Origin: a virus
IMG/VR virus record: IMGVR_UViG_3300020599_000003
Span: 1-64,000 of that record
Length of the DNA: 64,000 bases
Direction: 5' to 3' (one strand)
Both the position numbers and the translations under genes were made by a program. The notes beneath the pieces were generated by a model. That model searched no databases and was not told the DNA's origin. It saw only the letters and a program-made list of their open reading frames with translations. Shown here piece by piece: positions 45,006 to 54,516 of this stretch (position 1 is its first letter; each line of letters begins with the position of its first letter).

Positions 45006-45606
45006 CCTCGACACCGACAGCTTGGCCCTCATGCACGGCGCACTGAACCTCCTGTCCAGCGTAGGGTTCACGTTCGTCGATCTGCCGTGGGCGGTCTACA
45101 GCATGTATTCGGACGCCACCCGCCCGAAAGATGCGCGCGACTTCGAGACGCCGCTCGGGTCGCTGGTGGCATCTGGTGAGCAGAGCTTCCTGCAGATGTG
45201 GAATCGCAGAGAACTGCCACCACTGCTGAGCTCGCTTGGCTATGTTGGCTGGACTCCGTGCTTTCGTGATGAGCCAGTGCATGACGAGCTCCACCAAGGT
45301 GCGTTCTTGAAGGTGGAATGGTTTGTGCCGTTCCCGAAGGATCCTGGCAACGAGCTCCAGGCGCTCCTCGAAATCCAGAAGGTGGTGTTCATCTCGATGG
45401 CTCAGATGGTTGGCGTCGATCACGACACCGCCAAAGCAGGCATCGAGGTTGAGCAGACCGACACGCACGCCTACGACATCAATGTCGGCGGCATTGAAAT
45501 CGGCTCGTATGGGCTGCGCTACTTCATGGGTGGCATCTACCTGTATGGTACGGGGCTTGCGCTCCCCAGATTCAATGTCGCGTTCGCTAAATTGAGGAAC
45601 AAATGA
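44989..45606 (+). CDS. Stand-alone class II aminoacyl-tRNA-synthetase-like catalytic domain
   Basis: LVASGEQ, motif 2 CFRDE...H...F.K.E, DI...IEIGSYG, motif 3 GTGLALPR; only 205 aa. Confidence 0.65.
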   Translation: MATANNLDTDSLALMHGALNLLSSVGFTFVDLPWAVYSMYSDATRPKDARDFETPLGSLVASGEQSFLQMWNRRELPPLLSSLGYVGWTPCFRDEPVHDELHQGAFLKVEWFVPFPKDPGNELQALLEIQKVVFISMAQMVGVDHDTAKAGIEVEQTDTHAYDINVGGIEIGSYGLRYFMGGIYLYGTGLALPRFNVAFAKLRNK

Positions 45607-46163
45607 CCTCCATCCGTATTGGCGGCAAGCCCCAAGCGCGGAAGCCGCAACCGAGCCGTCTGACTCCGGAAGACCCCGAATACAAGACACTCATGCGCAT
45701 CCTGGCTGGGATGCAAAGCCGCATCAACATCGAGAAAGAGCGCAACGAAATCCTGACCCTGCATGAGTCGCGGAAGTCCTTGGGCCTGATGTCCAGCGCC
45801 AAGCGATATGACCCGCAGTATGTCTACGACTGCGTGTTGACAGATATGGCGTATCGGGGGCGCTTGGTCACGATGATCAAGCGCGTAAATAACACGGTGA
45901 CCCTCCTCGAACGTGCTGAGAAGGCATTCCGTGCCTACGCGCTCACGTCCTTCCGGGCGCAACTCGGCAGTACGCAGGGTGAGCGCACCAATGCCCTGGA
46001 CCGCATCTGTCGCCCGGTGCTGGATTTCAAGTCCGAATGCCAGGACCACGTTGCAGGCATCGAGGTAGTCATCAAGGACATTGATCAAGCATCCTTCGCT
46101 TACGCGAGGCTGGTCACGTTGCTCCAGCTCATGTCCGACTCAAAGGGCCCACGTAATATTTAG
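45603..46163 (+). CDS. Hypothetical helical protein
   Basis: ATGA overlap. Confidence 0.7.
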   Translation: MTSIRIGGKPQARKPQPSRLTPEDPEYKTLMRILAGMQSRINIEKERNEILTLHESRKSLGLMSSAKRYDPQYVYDCVLTDMAYRGRLVTMIKRVNNTVTLLERAEKAFRAYALTSFRAQLGSTQGERTNALDRICRPVLDFKSECQDHVAGIEVVIKDIDQASFAYARLVTLLQLMSDSKGPRNI

Positions 46164-46630
46164 GACCCAGACAGTATGCGCTCACCCTCTATTCTAGCCG
46201 AGCTGTATTCGAGCGGGAGCTTGACACTACCTAGAGCCCGGCCTTCTGTATCATAGAAGTGCATACTTCTGCTGATGATCTTATAAGTGAACGGGACCTC
46301 AGGTAATTTCAGCTTCAATTGCTTGATCCCGCCATTACCTGAGGTACCGTAGACTCGAGACCCTTCTTTAACACGGAACACTGCTTCAGCACACTTCTTA
46401 TGATCTCTCGGAAGCTGGCCAAGTATTAATCTCCTATTCTTAATCAGGATTTCACCTCGGCAATACCTACACCCGACACGTGACCAGAGTGGGATGACAT
46501 GGGCTTCAAGTAGAGTGAACAGGGGGGTTCTGGGCCGTTATCTTGGACTCCAGCACTTCAACGTCCATTCTGTGCGCTTCTGACTGATATTCTCTGTATC
46601 CATCTCGAGCCCACACCATCTTCCGCTGCT
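46160..46630 (-). other. A/T-richer segment with broken antisense ORF fragments, possibly a decayed mobile endonuclease
   Basis: RKMVWARDGYR and, in another frame, LEAHVIPLWS..CRYC. Confidence 0.25.
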
Positions 46631-46658
46631 TACTTTGGTTGGCAACGTCTTCACGCAT

Positions 46659-48209
46659 ATGACACAGCAGAAAGAACGCATCATACGAATATACAAGGCA
46701 GAGGCGCTCTACCTCAGAAGCTCCGATGTACCTGAGCCAATCAAGGAAACGTTGTACAATCGGTACACCGTGAGGTTCTATGCGGAGAAGGTGTGTGCCA
46801 AGTGCGAGCATGGCCCCTATCGTCACACGGAAGAGTTCTGCCAACCGTGCGGAGCATTCACGGGCGAAGTCCGCCTGTCCGGTGAGTACAAGGTCGGCAA
46901 GGAGAAGTATGTCAAGGTCCCGCTCGGCGACCGCCTCCAAGTCACGTCCTACCTCAATAGTAAGGGCTTCAATCTCAAGCTGTTCGACAAGACGCCGCAG
47001 GCCCGTAAGTATCCCATGCGGTTCATCGGCACCCTGAAGGACTACCAAAAGGACGTACCGGCCAAGCTCAAGAGAGCCAAGCGCGGCGTGCTGAAAGCGC
47101 CTCCGCGTACCGGCAAGACGGTGATGGCGTGCGCCACTATCTGCCATATTGGTGGTAAGGCGCTCATCCTGGCCGCACAGCGTGAATGGCTCGACGGCTT
47201 CTACGACACCTTCATGGGGTCGGCCACGACCCAGAAGATGTCGAATCTACCGAAGCACATGATCGGGTACTGTAAGAAGCCGAGCGACTTCGAGAAGTAC
47301 GCAGTGTGCCTCGCCACGTACCAGACGTTCATCAGCGAGAATGGCCACAAGGTTCTGGAGAAGGTCCGCAACCTCTTCTCCACCGTCATAGTCGATGAGG
47401 CACATGGTCTTGCGGCCCAACATTTCCTGCGCACCATATCCCGCTTCAACGCCGAGTACGTATTCGGCCTGACCGCGACCCCTGGACGTAAGGACGGCAT
47501 GTACAAACTGGTGGACATGGTGCTAGGTCGCGTCGTCCACGAGATCAAGCGCGAGATGCTACGCCCCAAGTGGATTCCGGTTCGGACGCAATTCAGGGAC
47601 AACCGCAGTAGCGGACTGTGGGCCAATCTCGTCAAGCGCCTGGAGAAGGACCCGAAGCGACTCAAGCTGATCGCGGAATACGCGGTGAAGGATATCCGGT
47701 CCGGGCACGTCGTGTTGATCCCGTTCTCGCAGGTGGCCCCGGTGCGTGCGCTGGTGCAAGCCATCAACAAGATCGCTGGCGAGAAGGTAGCCTACGAGTT
47801 CAGTGGTAGTCTGCGCAAGGATGTCCGCAAGAAGCTGATTGCCGACGCGCAGCAGGGTCTCATCCCATGCCTCGTTGGCACCATCAAGTTGCTCTCGGTC
47901 GGCACCAACATCCCACCTGCCAGTGCGCTGTACGAGGTAGCTCTGTCGGCCAACGTCTATTCCGCCGAACAGCGCATCGCCCGTATATTGACGCCGCACG
48001 ACGGTAAACCCGACCCTATCGTCCGATTCTTCATGGACGAGTACAAGGTGCGCAAGTCCTGCGCCCGTGTGGAGTGGTTCGGCGTGATACGTAAAAAGTT
48101 CAACCCTCTGATTTCCCCCAAGGATGAAGAAATCTTCGTGGGTTGGATGTCTGGCAAGAACGACGCTATGGACTACGGTTCGCGCAAACGACCTCTTTTA
48201 GGATGGTGA
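46659..48209 (+). CDS. uvsW: Superfamily 2 helicase, UvsW-like
   Basis: APPRTGKT, IVDEAH, GLTATP.RKDG, EQRIARILT. Confidence 0.85.
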   Translation: MTQQKERIIRIYKAEALYLRSSDVPEPIKETLYNRYTVRFYAEKVCAKCEHGPYRHTEEFCQPCGAFTGEVRLSGEYKVGKEKYVKVPLGDRLQVTSYLNSKGFNLKLFDKTPQARKYPMRFIGTLKDYQKDVPAKLKRAKRGVLKAPPRTGKTVMACATICHIGGKALILAAQREWLDGFYDTFMGSATTQKMSNLPKHMIGYCKKPSDFEKYAVCLATYQTFISENGHKVLEKVRNLFSTVIVDEAHGLAAQHFLRTISRFNAEYVFGLTATPGRKDGMYKLVDMVLGRVVHEIKREMLRPKWIPVRTQFRDNRSSGLWANLVKRLEKDPKRLKLIAEYAVKDIRSGHVVLIPFSQVAPVRALVQAINKIAGEKVAYEFSGSLRKDVRKKLIADAQQGLIPCLVGTIKLLSVGTNIPPASALYEVALSANVYSAEQRIARILTPHDGKPDPIVRFFMDEYKVRKSCARVEWFGVIRKKFNPLISPKDEEIFVGWMSGKNDAMDYGSRKRPLLGW

Positions 48210-48210
48210 C

Positions 48211-48555
48211 ATGAATCTCCAAGAAGCAAAGCTCTACATTGGTAGTCGCATCAGGGCCGTCCTGCGCGATGTCGATACCGGCAAGGTCGCCGTGGTGGAC
48301 GCCTCTATCCTGGCGGTGAGCGACAATGGCACGGCCAACATCGCGTGCAACGGGCAGAGCCTGTGGATGCGGCTGGAACATATCACCAAGGTCCCTTCCG
48401 ACGTGAAGGAATCACCCGGCGACTGGCCGGAGGACTACGCCCACGAGGATGGTTGCTATCAGTGCAAATGCTTCCAGTGCGGCAATCTCTTTCACGGGCA
48501 CAGACGTCGCGCTCTGTGCAAGACGTGCTACGCGAATCCCGGGGAAGTCGAATGA
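48211..48555 (+). CDS. Hypothetical protein with C-terminal Zn ribbon
   Basis: WPED..HE...YQ..CFQC...F.GH.RR..CKTC. Confidence 0.7.
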   Translation: MNLQEAKLYIGSRIRAVLRDVDTGKVAVVDASILAVSDNGTANIACNGQSLWMRLEHITKVPSDVKESPGDWPEDYAHEDGCYQCKCFQCGNLFHGHRRRALCKTCYANPGEVE

Positions 48556-49037
48556 ACCTGGAGCAACTATACCAGAACAATCTGGGCCTTCTGCACCACC
48601 CAGGTCTGCGCGGCGCAATCTACTTCATTCAGGAGTACGCGCTTCGCTACCAGGAGGTCGTGACCGGGGACCAGTACCCAATCCTCAAGCTACTAGGTGT
48701 CAAGGGTAAGCATTCGTTCTTCGAGGCGCGTTGGGCCAACGACGAGCGACTGCACAACCTCGTATGGTACGACGTGTTCGCTCAGGAAGAATCCACCTGC
48801 GACTGGACGGCGTTCCAGCTCTGCCTGGGATACGAGAACAAGCTCTTCGACCTGGACGGCAAGGAAGTAAATAAGTACGGTCGCTGGGTGCGGTTCGCTG
48901 CAAATCGCCCCGGCGACGATGCCTTTCTCGTGGAAAGGATCATCAACACATACGAACTCTCGATAGCCAAGCCGGTTGTCGCAGAGCTCCCAATCGAGGA
49001 ACCTCATGAAAGCAATCTGGAAGTTCGGTCTAGCTGA
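48552..49037 (+). CDS. Hypothetical protein
   Basis: ATGA overlap. Confidence 0.6.
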   Translation: MNLEQLYQNNLGLLHHPGLRGAIYFIQEYALRYQEVVTGDQYPILKLLGVKGKHSFFEARWANDERLHNLVWYDVFAQEESTCDWTAFQLCLGYENKLFDLDGKEVNKYGRWVRFAANRPGDDAFLVERIINTYELSIAKPVVAELPIEEPHESNLEVRSS

Positions 49038-49329
49038 AAGCTGCACCGTCGAAATGCCCAAGGGCGCACGCATCCTGACTGTGCGTGAGCAGGGCAACGA
49101 CGTGGCTCTGTGGGTGGAAGTGGACCCCAAGGCACCGCGTGAGAAGCGCGAGTTCCGCCTCTTCGGCACGGGCTTCGAGCTCCCTGGCAACAAGCTGATG
49201 AACTACCTGGGCACCGCGATGCTCATGGGTGGCAGTCTGGTGCTGCACGCCTACGAAGTACTCCCTCACGACCCCGCCAAGACCCTCGTGGCAGGAATCA
49301 CTTATCGCAACGGCCCCACCGGAGGTTGA
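49006..49329 (+). CDS. Conserved small phage protein
   Basis: MKAIWKF.L...MPKGA.IL.V..Q...LW..VD...F...GTG...YLGT pattern. Confidence 0.75.
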   Translation: MKAIWKFGLAESCTVEMPKGARILTVREQGNDVALWVEVDPKAPREKREFRLFGTGFELPGNKLMNYLGTAMLMGGSLVLHAYEVLPHDPAKTLVAGITYRNGPTGG

Positions 49330-49330
49330 C

Positions 49331-49924
49331 GTGGTCAAGAAGCAACTCAAGCCAGGAGTGTACGCGATCGATGTCCCCAAGACGAGCCGAGCGCGTACCA
49401 TCGTGCCGGGCCACGTCTTTCGCCAGACGGCCTTCAATTGGGAACCGCAGGCGTTCGCGGTCGAGCATGAGAAGTTCGACGGTAAGCTCGTCAGTGAGGC
49501 GCCCCAGAAGCAGTCGCTGGAAACCTTCATCGCCAACCCTGGATACAAGGGCATCTTCGGGGTAGCAGGCAACCCGGACGACCAGATGGCGAAGTACTTC
49601 GCGGCGTACCTCGTCCACCACCACATGCAGACATTCCCCTCGGGGGCAGTTCATTGGGAAGTGCTGTATGGTGGCTTCGAGAACAAGCTGCTGGTGCAAC
49701 CCAAGGACCACATCAGCATGCTGGTCCTGTCGAATCTGACGGCCGACAGCACTCAATCCAAGTTGGAGAAGGCTCGCGACCTCCTGGAGTACTATTCCAA
49801 CGTCCCTAGGGTAGTCGTGTGCGCTGGTACTGATCCTATGTCGTTCCTCTGTGGCAAGCTGTATTGCCCCGTGAACGCAATGGTCTATATCCAGGGCAAA
49901 GCCCTCAACTCGATGGTGTTGTGA
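49331..49924 (+). CDS. Possible degenerate DnaC/IstB-like helicase loader
   Basis: RBS GGAGG; MLVLSNL...ARDLLEYYSNVPRVVV resembles the AAA+ Walker B-to-sensor region. Confidence 0.4.
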   Translation: MVKKQLKPGVYAIDVPKTSRARTIVPGHVFRQTAFNWEPQAFAVEHEKFDGKLVSEAPQKQSLETFIANPGYKGIFGVAGNPDDQMAKYFAAYLVHHHMQTFPSGAVHWEVLYGGFENKLLVQPKDHISMLVLSNLTADSTQSKLEKARDLLEYYSNVPRVVVCAGTDPMSFLCGKLYCPVNAMVYIQGKALNSMVL

Positions 49925-50106
49925 TGTCTATCTGCAAAATCCTGACTGGTAAGACGGTCGACCAACTCGGCGGTGCCGAGGCCTCCGCACCAGAGACTCT
50001 GACCATTGGCAAGAGCACGCTCGAAGACGAGATTGAGCCCCTGAATGACGAAATCAATGGCATAGGTGGCTTCGAGAACTACACCATCGTGGAGGAACAG
50101 GCATGA
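49924..50106 (+). CDS. Small acidic protein
   Basis: TGATG coupling. Confidence 0.5.
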   Translation: MSICKILTGKTVDQLGGAEASAPETLTIGKSTLEDEIEPLNDEINGIGGFENYTIVEEQA

Positions 50107-50279
50107 TCTTCGCAATCGGAATCATACTCGCCTACATCGGCTGGGTACTGAAGGCTCGCGGCCTGGAAGCCATCACTGCATCTTCGTGGCGACTCATCCT
50201 TTCTGGCAGCCTTATCGTCTGCGGCTTGTTCATGGTGGTACTGTCCATCGCCATCATGGCCTGGGGCAGCTTGCCATGA
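50103..50279 (+). CDS. 58-aa two-TM membrane protein
   Basis: ATGA overlaps at both ends; absent from the ORF track. Confidence 0.55.
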   Translation: MIFAIGIILAYIGWVLKARGLEAITASSWRLILSGSLIVCGLFMVVLSIAIMAWGSLP

Positions 50280-50527
50280 CCGAGAAGTTCAACCTCTGGG
50301 GTAGACCGTTCACACCAGACAGTGCGTTGACGAGGGCGTTCAACGCGCGTGTCGCCGACACCATCAAGCGTTCTCTGGAAAGCTTCTTGCAGAGCCTGAA
50401 GTTTGCTACAGAGTTCGGGTCGCCTCTGGGCAAAGCACGTACCGATTCGCGTCGAAGTGGACGCGAGGTAAATAGGTCAACCGCAGGCAAGGTAATCCAA
50501 CAAGATGGCGAAACTATCAAGCCCTAG
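50276..50527 (+). CDS. Hypothetical protein
   Basis: ATGA coupling. Confidence 0.45.
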   Translation: MTEKFNLWGRPFTPDSALTRAFNARVADTIKRSLESFLQSLKFATEFGSPLGKARTDSRRSGREVNRSTAGKVIQQDGETIKP

Positions 50528-51821
50528 GACAGAGCTCGCTGTATTGCGCGCAGCCTGTCACCGTGACGAACTGATCAGCGGCACGGTGCTTACCAAGATC
50601 GACGAGTCTTACTTCTATTCGGAGGAGGCTCAGGAAATTTTCGCACTAGCCAAACAGGTCCGTAATCAGACCGGCAAGGCTGTGTCATACAGGATGCTGC
50701 TGGAGCATCCGCAGATCAGCAAGGATGCGGCGAACTTCTTCCGTAATTCCCAGCCGGTCATCAATGATAAGGCCGAGGCCCTGCGTGCCTTGGCGGCACT
50801 CGGTGAATTCCGTCGTCGCAGGTCGCTGGCTGAGATCGCCAACGTCATCGGCGATGCGCTGAACAAGCCCACTGTCAACTCCAAGGAGTTGATGGAGCAG
50901 GCCCAGACTCGCTTGAATCGGGGGCGGGCCAGCAAGGATGACACGGTCCTGGTGCGCTTCGGGCACAAGGACAACGCGGGTGATGTGATCAAGCGACTCC
51001 TCTACGAGGATCGCAGGGACGACATCATCCCCACTGGCTTCAAGACCTTTGACGATGTCAACGGCGGCCTGTTCCGCGGATCCCTGGTCGGCATTGCTGG
51101 GACCACAGGAGGGGGTAAGTCGACTCTGGCCAATCAGCTCGCTGTCAACATCGCCAGCATGGGCTACCCGGTCGACATCCTGCCGCTGGAAATGACCGAG
51201 CTCGAAATGTCGGCGCGTATCACCGCAACGGTGACTCGCTTCGACGCGATGAAGATCCTACTTCAACGCATGACTCGCTCAGAGAAGGCGCTGGTGGAGC
51301 AGCGTATGCTCAAGTGGCGCAAGATGCTCCACCGCAAGCAGTCGTACTACGCGATCCACAAGCCGAAGGAAGATGTCACTATGGAGGAAGCGCTCTCCAT
51401 CATGACGGCTCCGGTCAAGATCATCGACTACATGGGGCTGCTCGCCAACACCGACGGCGAAGACCAATGGAGGAAGCTGGGAGCGGCCACTCGCTACGCC
51501 AAGATCCACGCCGAAGCCACCAACAGTCTGATCATCGTGCTGGCACAGCTTGACCAGCAGGGCGTGATCCGCTACTCGCGCGCTATGGCGGAACACATGA
51601 ACAATCTCTGGGCGTTCGTTGCGAACAAGGACACCCGCGAGGCTGGCATCATCAACATCGAGCAGCAGAAGGCGCGTAACCAGCGCATGTTCTCCTTCTC
51701 GCTGAAGATCGACAGCGACATGATGCGCGTGTACGATCTCCCGAACAACGGTGCCGATTACCAGATGCCGAAGGCCGGTCAGCAGGACGATAATCTGCCC
51801 AATCTTGCTGACACGGTGTGA
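50505..51821 (+). CDS. dnaB: Replicative DNA helicase, DnaB family
   Basis: GFKTFD..NGG, GTTGGGKST, LEMTE, IIDYMGL, LAQL, KAR. Confidence 0.92.
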   Translation: MAKLSSPRTELAVLRAACHRDELISGTVLTKIDESYFYSEEAQEIFALAKQVRNQTGKAVSYRMLLEHPQISKDAANFFRNSQPVINDKAEALRALAALGEFRRRRSLAEIANVIGDALNKPTVNSKELMEQAQTRLNRGRASKDDTVLVRFGHKDNAGDVIKRLLYEDRRDDIIPTGFKTFDDVNGGLFRGSLVGIAGTTGGGKSTLANQLAVNIASMGYPVDILPLEMTELEMSARITATVTRFDAMKILLQRMTRSEKALVEQRMLKWRKMLHRKQSYYAIHKPKEDVTMEEALSIMTAPVKIIDYMGLLANTDGEDQWRKLGAATRYAKIHAEATNSLIIVLAQLDQQGVIRYSRAMAEHMNNLWAFVANKDTREAGIINIEQQKARNQRMFSFSLKIDSDMMRVYDLPNNGADYQMPKAGQQDDNLPNLADTV

Positions 51822-52051
51822 CCATAGAACTCGACCACGAATCTCCTACGTACCGCCGCGCCACCAACGCCGGATGGACGTTTAGTGACGCCACAGTTAG
51901 TCCGGAACCTCGTACTGGCCCGGAGAAAAACATCGCCCTCGGCCCTGTACGTATCGAAGGCGAGCTCCAGTGGGTGTGGTCGCCGACGAAGCCCGCAGCA
52001 GTCACGTCTATTACGGCAAACATGCCGGTTCAATCATTCATCCACAACTAG
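51818..52051 (+). CDS. Hypothetical protein
   Basis: GTGA overlap. Confidence 0.55.
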   Translation: MTIELDHESPTYRRATNAGWTFSDATVSPEPRTGPEKNIALGPVRIEGELQWVWSPTKPAAVTSITANMPVQSFIHN

Positions 52052-52060
52052 GAGCATATA

Positions 52061-52618
52061 ATGCCCAGCCCCGCCGCAGAAGCTCACGCGCAAGCCATGG
52101 AAGAGAAATTCGGCCCGGTCAACGCGGCCATCCTCAAGGATGCACCGCCTAGCATTCTGTACACGCATCACGTGATGGCCGTGTACAAACACTATGACCA
52201 ACTCGGCCGCATCGACGCAGTCTCCTACAACCATCACAACTCCAACCCCGTGCTCGCCAAGCTGGTGGACCACGCTTTGTTTGCCATGCGTGCATGTGTG
52301 CAACAGGAAGCCATCGATGCTCCGTACCGCAATGTTCCGGTGGGCGAGCTCCAGGACCACCATCGCATCGCGCTGGAACTGAACGACGTGAACACGGCCA
52401 TTGCCAGTGGTGACTACAACGCCGCAGTCACGGCGGTCGAGACATTCCTGTTCAGCGCGCTCCAGTTGGCCCGCGAGAACATCGAGAAGATCGTGCATGC
52501 CACGCATGGCGCAGCGGGTCGCACCGAGCAGGCCATCATCGAAGATCTGGTCAGCCGGGTCGCTGCCACCAAGACAGGCGGTGGCGTGGCCATCACCGGC
52601 GACCTGAAGGCCGATTGA
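52061..52618 (+). CDS. Hypothetical protein
   Basis: RBS AGGAG. Confidence 0.7.
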   Translation: MPSPAAEAHAQAMEEKFGPVNAAILKDAPPSILYTHHVMAVYKHYDQLGRIDAVSYNHHNSNPVLAKLVDHALFAMRACVQQEAIDAPYRNVPVGELQDHHRIALELNDVNTAIASGDYNAAVTAVETFLFSALQLARENIEKIVHATHGAAGRTEQAIIEDLVSRVAATKTGGGVAITGDLKAD

Positions 52619-53109
52619 TGGCCTACACCGTCGGGTTCACGGGCCACCGCCCTAACAGGCTCGGTAACGTGCCCATGATGAACGGTAAGCTCCGCGCACT
52701 CGCCACGGAGTACCTCCAGAAGAATCCGGTGGAAGCCGTCATTGTGGGCATGGCCCCTGGCTGGGACTTGGCGGCTGGCGAAGCCGCAGTGGATCGTGGC
52801 CTCCACGTCACCGCTGCAGTCCCATTCAAGGGCTACGAAGTCTGCCTGCCGGAACACGAACGGGAACGCTATTTCCACTTGCTCGACCAATGCGACGTGG
52901 TCAAGTATGTGTGCGATCCCGGGCGTGACCCCGAGAAGCTGTTCCGGCGCAACCGCTGGATCGTCGTCCACTCCGACCGCATCTGCGCGCTGCACAGCGG
53001 CGCGATGAGCGGCACAAGCAACTGCGTCAACTACGCGAAGCGAGTTGGCAAACCGATCGACAACCTCTGGGACCAATGGCGATCCCTTCATATGGAAGAA
53101 CCTTCATGA
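52618..53109 (+). CDS. SLOG-superfamily protein (YspA-like)
   Basis: FTGHRP...GMAPGWD..AA...AVPF...RN.WIV..SD...G..GT.NC. Confidence 0.82.
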   Translation: MAYTVGFTGHRPNRLGNVPMMNGKLRALATEYLQKNPVEAVIVGMAPGWDLAAGEAAVDRGLHVTAAVPFKGYEVCLPEHERERYFHLLDQCDVVKYVCDPGRDPEKLFRRNRWIVVHSDRICALHSGAMSGTSNCVNYAKRVGKPIDNLWDQWRSLHMEEPS

Positions 53110-53807
53110 GCAACGCAAGCAACTGGCTGACCCTCTTCACGCTGCAAGCTGCGGCGAACGACACGCTGGCTGGCCCGAACTGGCGCAACGACCCCAAGAC
53201 CTTCGACTACAAGGCCGCTCTGTCGGACGAAGTCGTGGAAGCTCGTCTGGCTGCTGGCTATGCACCGTTCTGGTCTGGTGGCGAGAAGCCCACCTTCGAC
53301 GCCAACAACCTCAAGCTGGAAATCGTCGACATCCTACACTTCCTGATGTCCGACGTCATGCAAGCCACGTCGCGCACGGCTGATCCCCTACCCCTCCTGG
53401 TGGACAACGCGGTCAACGGTTTCCGATTCGCCAAGGTCGAATCCGGATGGGATGCACACATCGCCCACGACTTCCTGGGCTCGGTCATGACCGGCAACAT
53501 CCAGGCCGCGTTCGAAGACTTCGCCCGTCTGTGCGGCGCCGCTGGCATGTCCTTCCCGGAACTCTACGGCAAGTACATCGCCAAGAACGCGCTGAACGTG
53601 TTCCGCAAGTCCATCGGCTACAAGCAGGACAAGTCGGTGAAATACTGGCTCGTCTCGGGCGACGATAAGACCGAGGACAACGCCTTCGTGATGGCGAAGG
53701 TCGACGAGATGGTTGCCAACGGCGACAACCTCCTGGACATCACCTACGATCAGATGGTCGAGATCATCCGCCAGGAGTACACCCGCGTGACGGGCAAGGC
53801 TGCCTAA
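53106..53807 (+). CDS. Dimeric all-alpha dUTPase/dCTPase
   Basis: DEVVE, F(W)S, LEIVDILHF, YIAKNALN.FR...GYK. Confidence 0.85.
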   Translation: MSNASNWLTLFTLQAAANDTLAGPNWRNDPKTFDYKAALSDEVVEARLAAGYAPFWSGGEKPTFDANNLKLEIVDILHFLMSDVMQATSRTADPLPLLVDNAVNGFRFAKVESGWDAHIAHDFLGSVMTGNIQAAFEDFARLCGAAGMSFPELYGKYIAKNALNVFRKSIGYKQDKSVKYWLVSGDDKTEDNAFVMAKVDEMVANGDNLLDITYDQMVEIIRQEYTRVTGKAA

Positions 53808-53908
53808 AGGGCCAGCCGCAAGGCGTCTGTAGGACCTCCATTTGGATGGTTTTTACAATGCCAATCGGAGCTAAAACGGCTCCCCTGGGCGGTACTAGGC
53901 CCAAACGC

Positions 53909-53944
53909 AAAAGCCCCTCCCAGGACGTCCTGGGAGGGGCTTTT
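53909..53944. terminator. 36-bp perfect palindrome, bidirectional terminator
   Basis: AAAAGCCCCTCCCAGGACGTCCTGGGAGGGGCTTTT between convergent blocks. Confidence 0.9.
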
Positions 53945-53976
53945 CTCATGATGCTATCCGGAGGTCCAAACGGACC

Positions 53977-54516
53977 TTACGGAGCAGTGGTGACCGTGAC
54001 GGTCACGCCCGGCGAGGTCACACCATCCTGCGCAGCAGTGATGGTAGCCGAGCCAGCAGCAACCCCTGTCACCAGACCGGCCGCACTGACGGTAGTGTTC
54101 GCCGGAGTGGCGGAGATCCACGTCGCTGTGGACGTGACGTTCTGTGTGTTGCCGTCGGACAGGGTGGCGATGGCCTTGTAGTAGGTCTCGACGCCGACCT
54201 GTGCGATGGGCGATCCCGCGATGGCGACCGAGCTGACGGTCGCCGGAACTTCGGGGATGACCGGAGTGGGTGCCGGGCCGTGGAAGTCCGGGTCGATGTC
54301 CTTCATGATTGGCTGGAGCTCGTCCTGGAACACGGTGCCGCCCAGCACGAACTGCGAAGCGAGATCCGGCCGGTGCCACCCCATGTAATCCAGGAATGCG
54401 GCGATGTCCGTGCCCGTCCATTCGTCACCCGACGACAGGTTCTGATAGTTGTCCTTGGCCACGGAGGCCTTGATGTCGGCGTAGGTGAACAGATCGATTG
54501 TGAAGAGAACTTACAT
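53977..54516 (-). pseudogene. Ig-like (Big_2) virion protein whose coupled ATG is followed at once by TAA; may restart at GTG 54462
   Basis: RBS AAGGAG, TAATG coupling, ATG TAA GTT CTC...; Big_2 motifs (ATLSDG..QNVT..ATW.S...ATVSA.GLVTG...G.ATITA). Confidence 0.7.
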
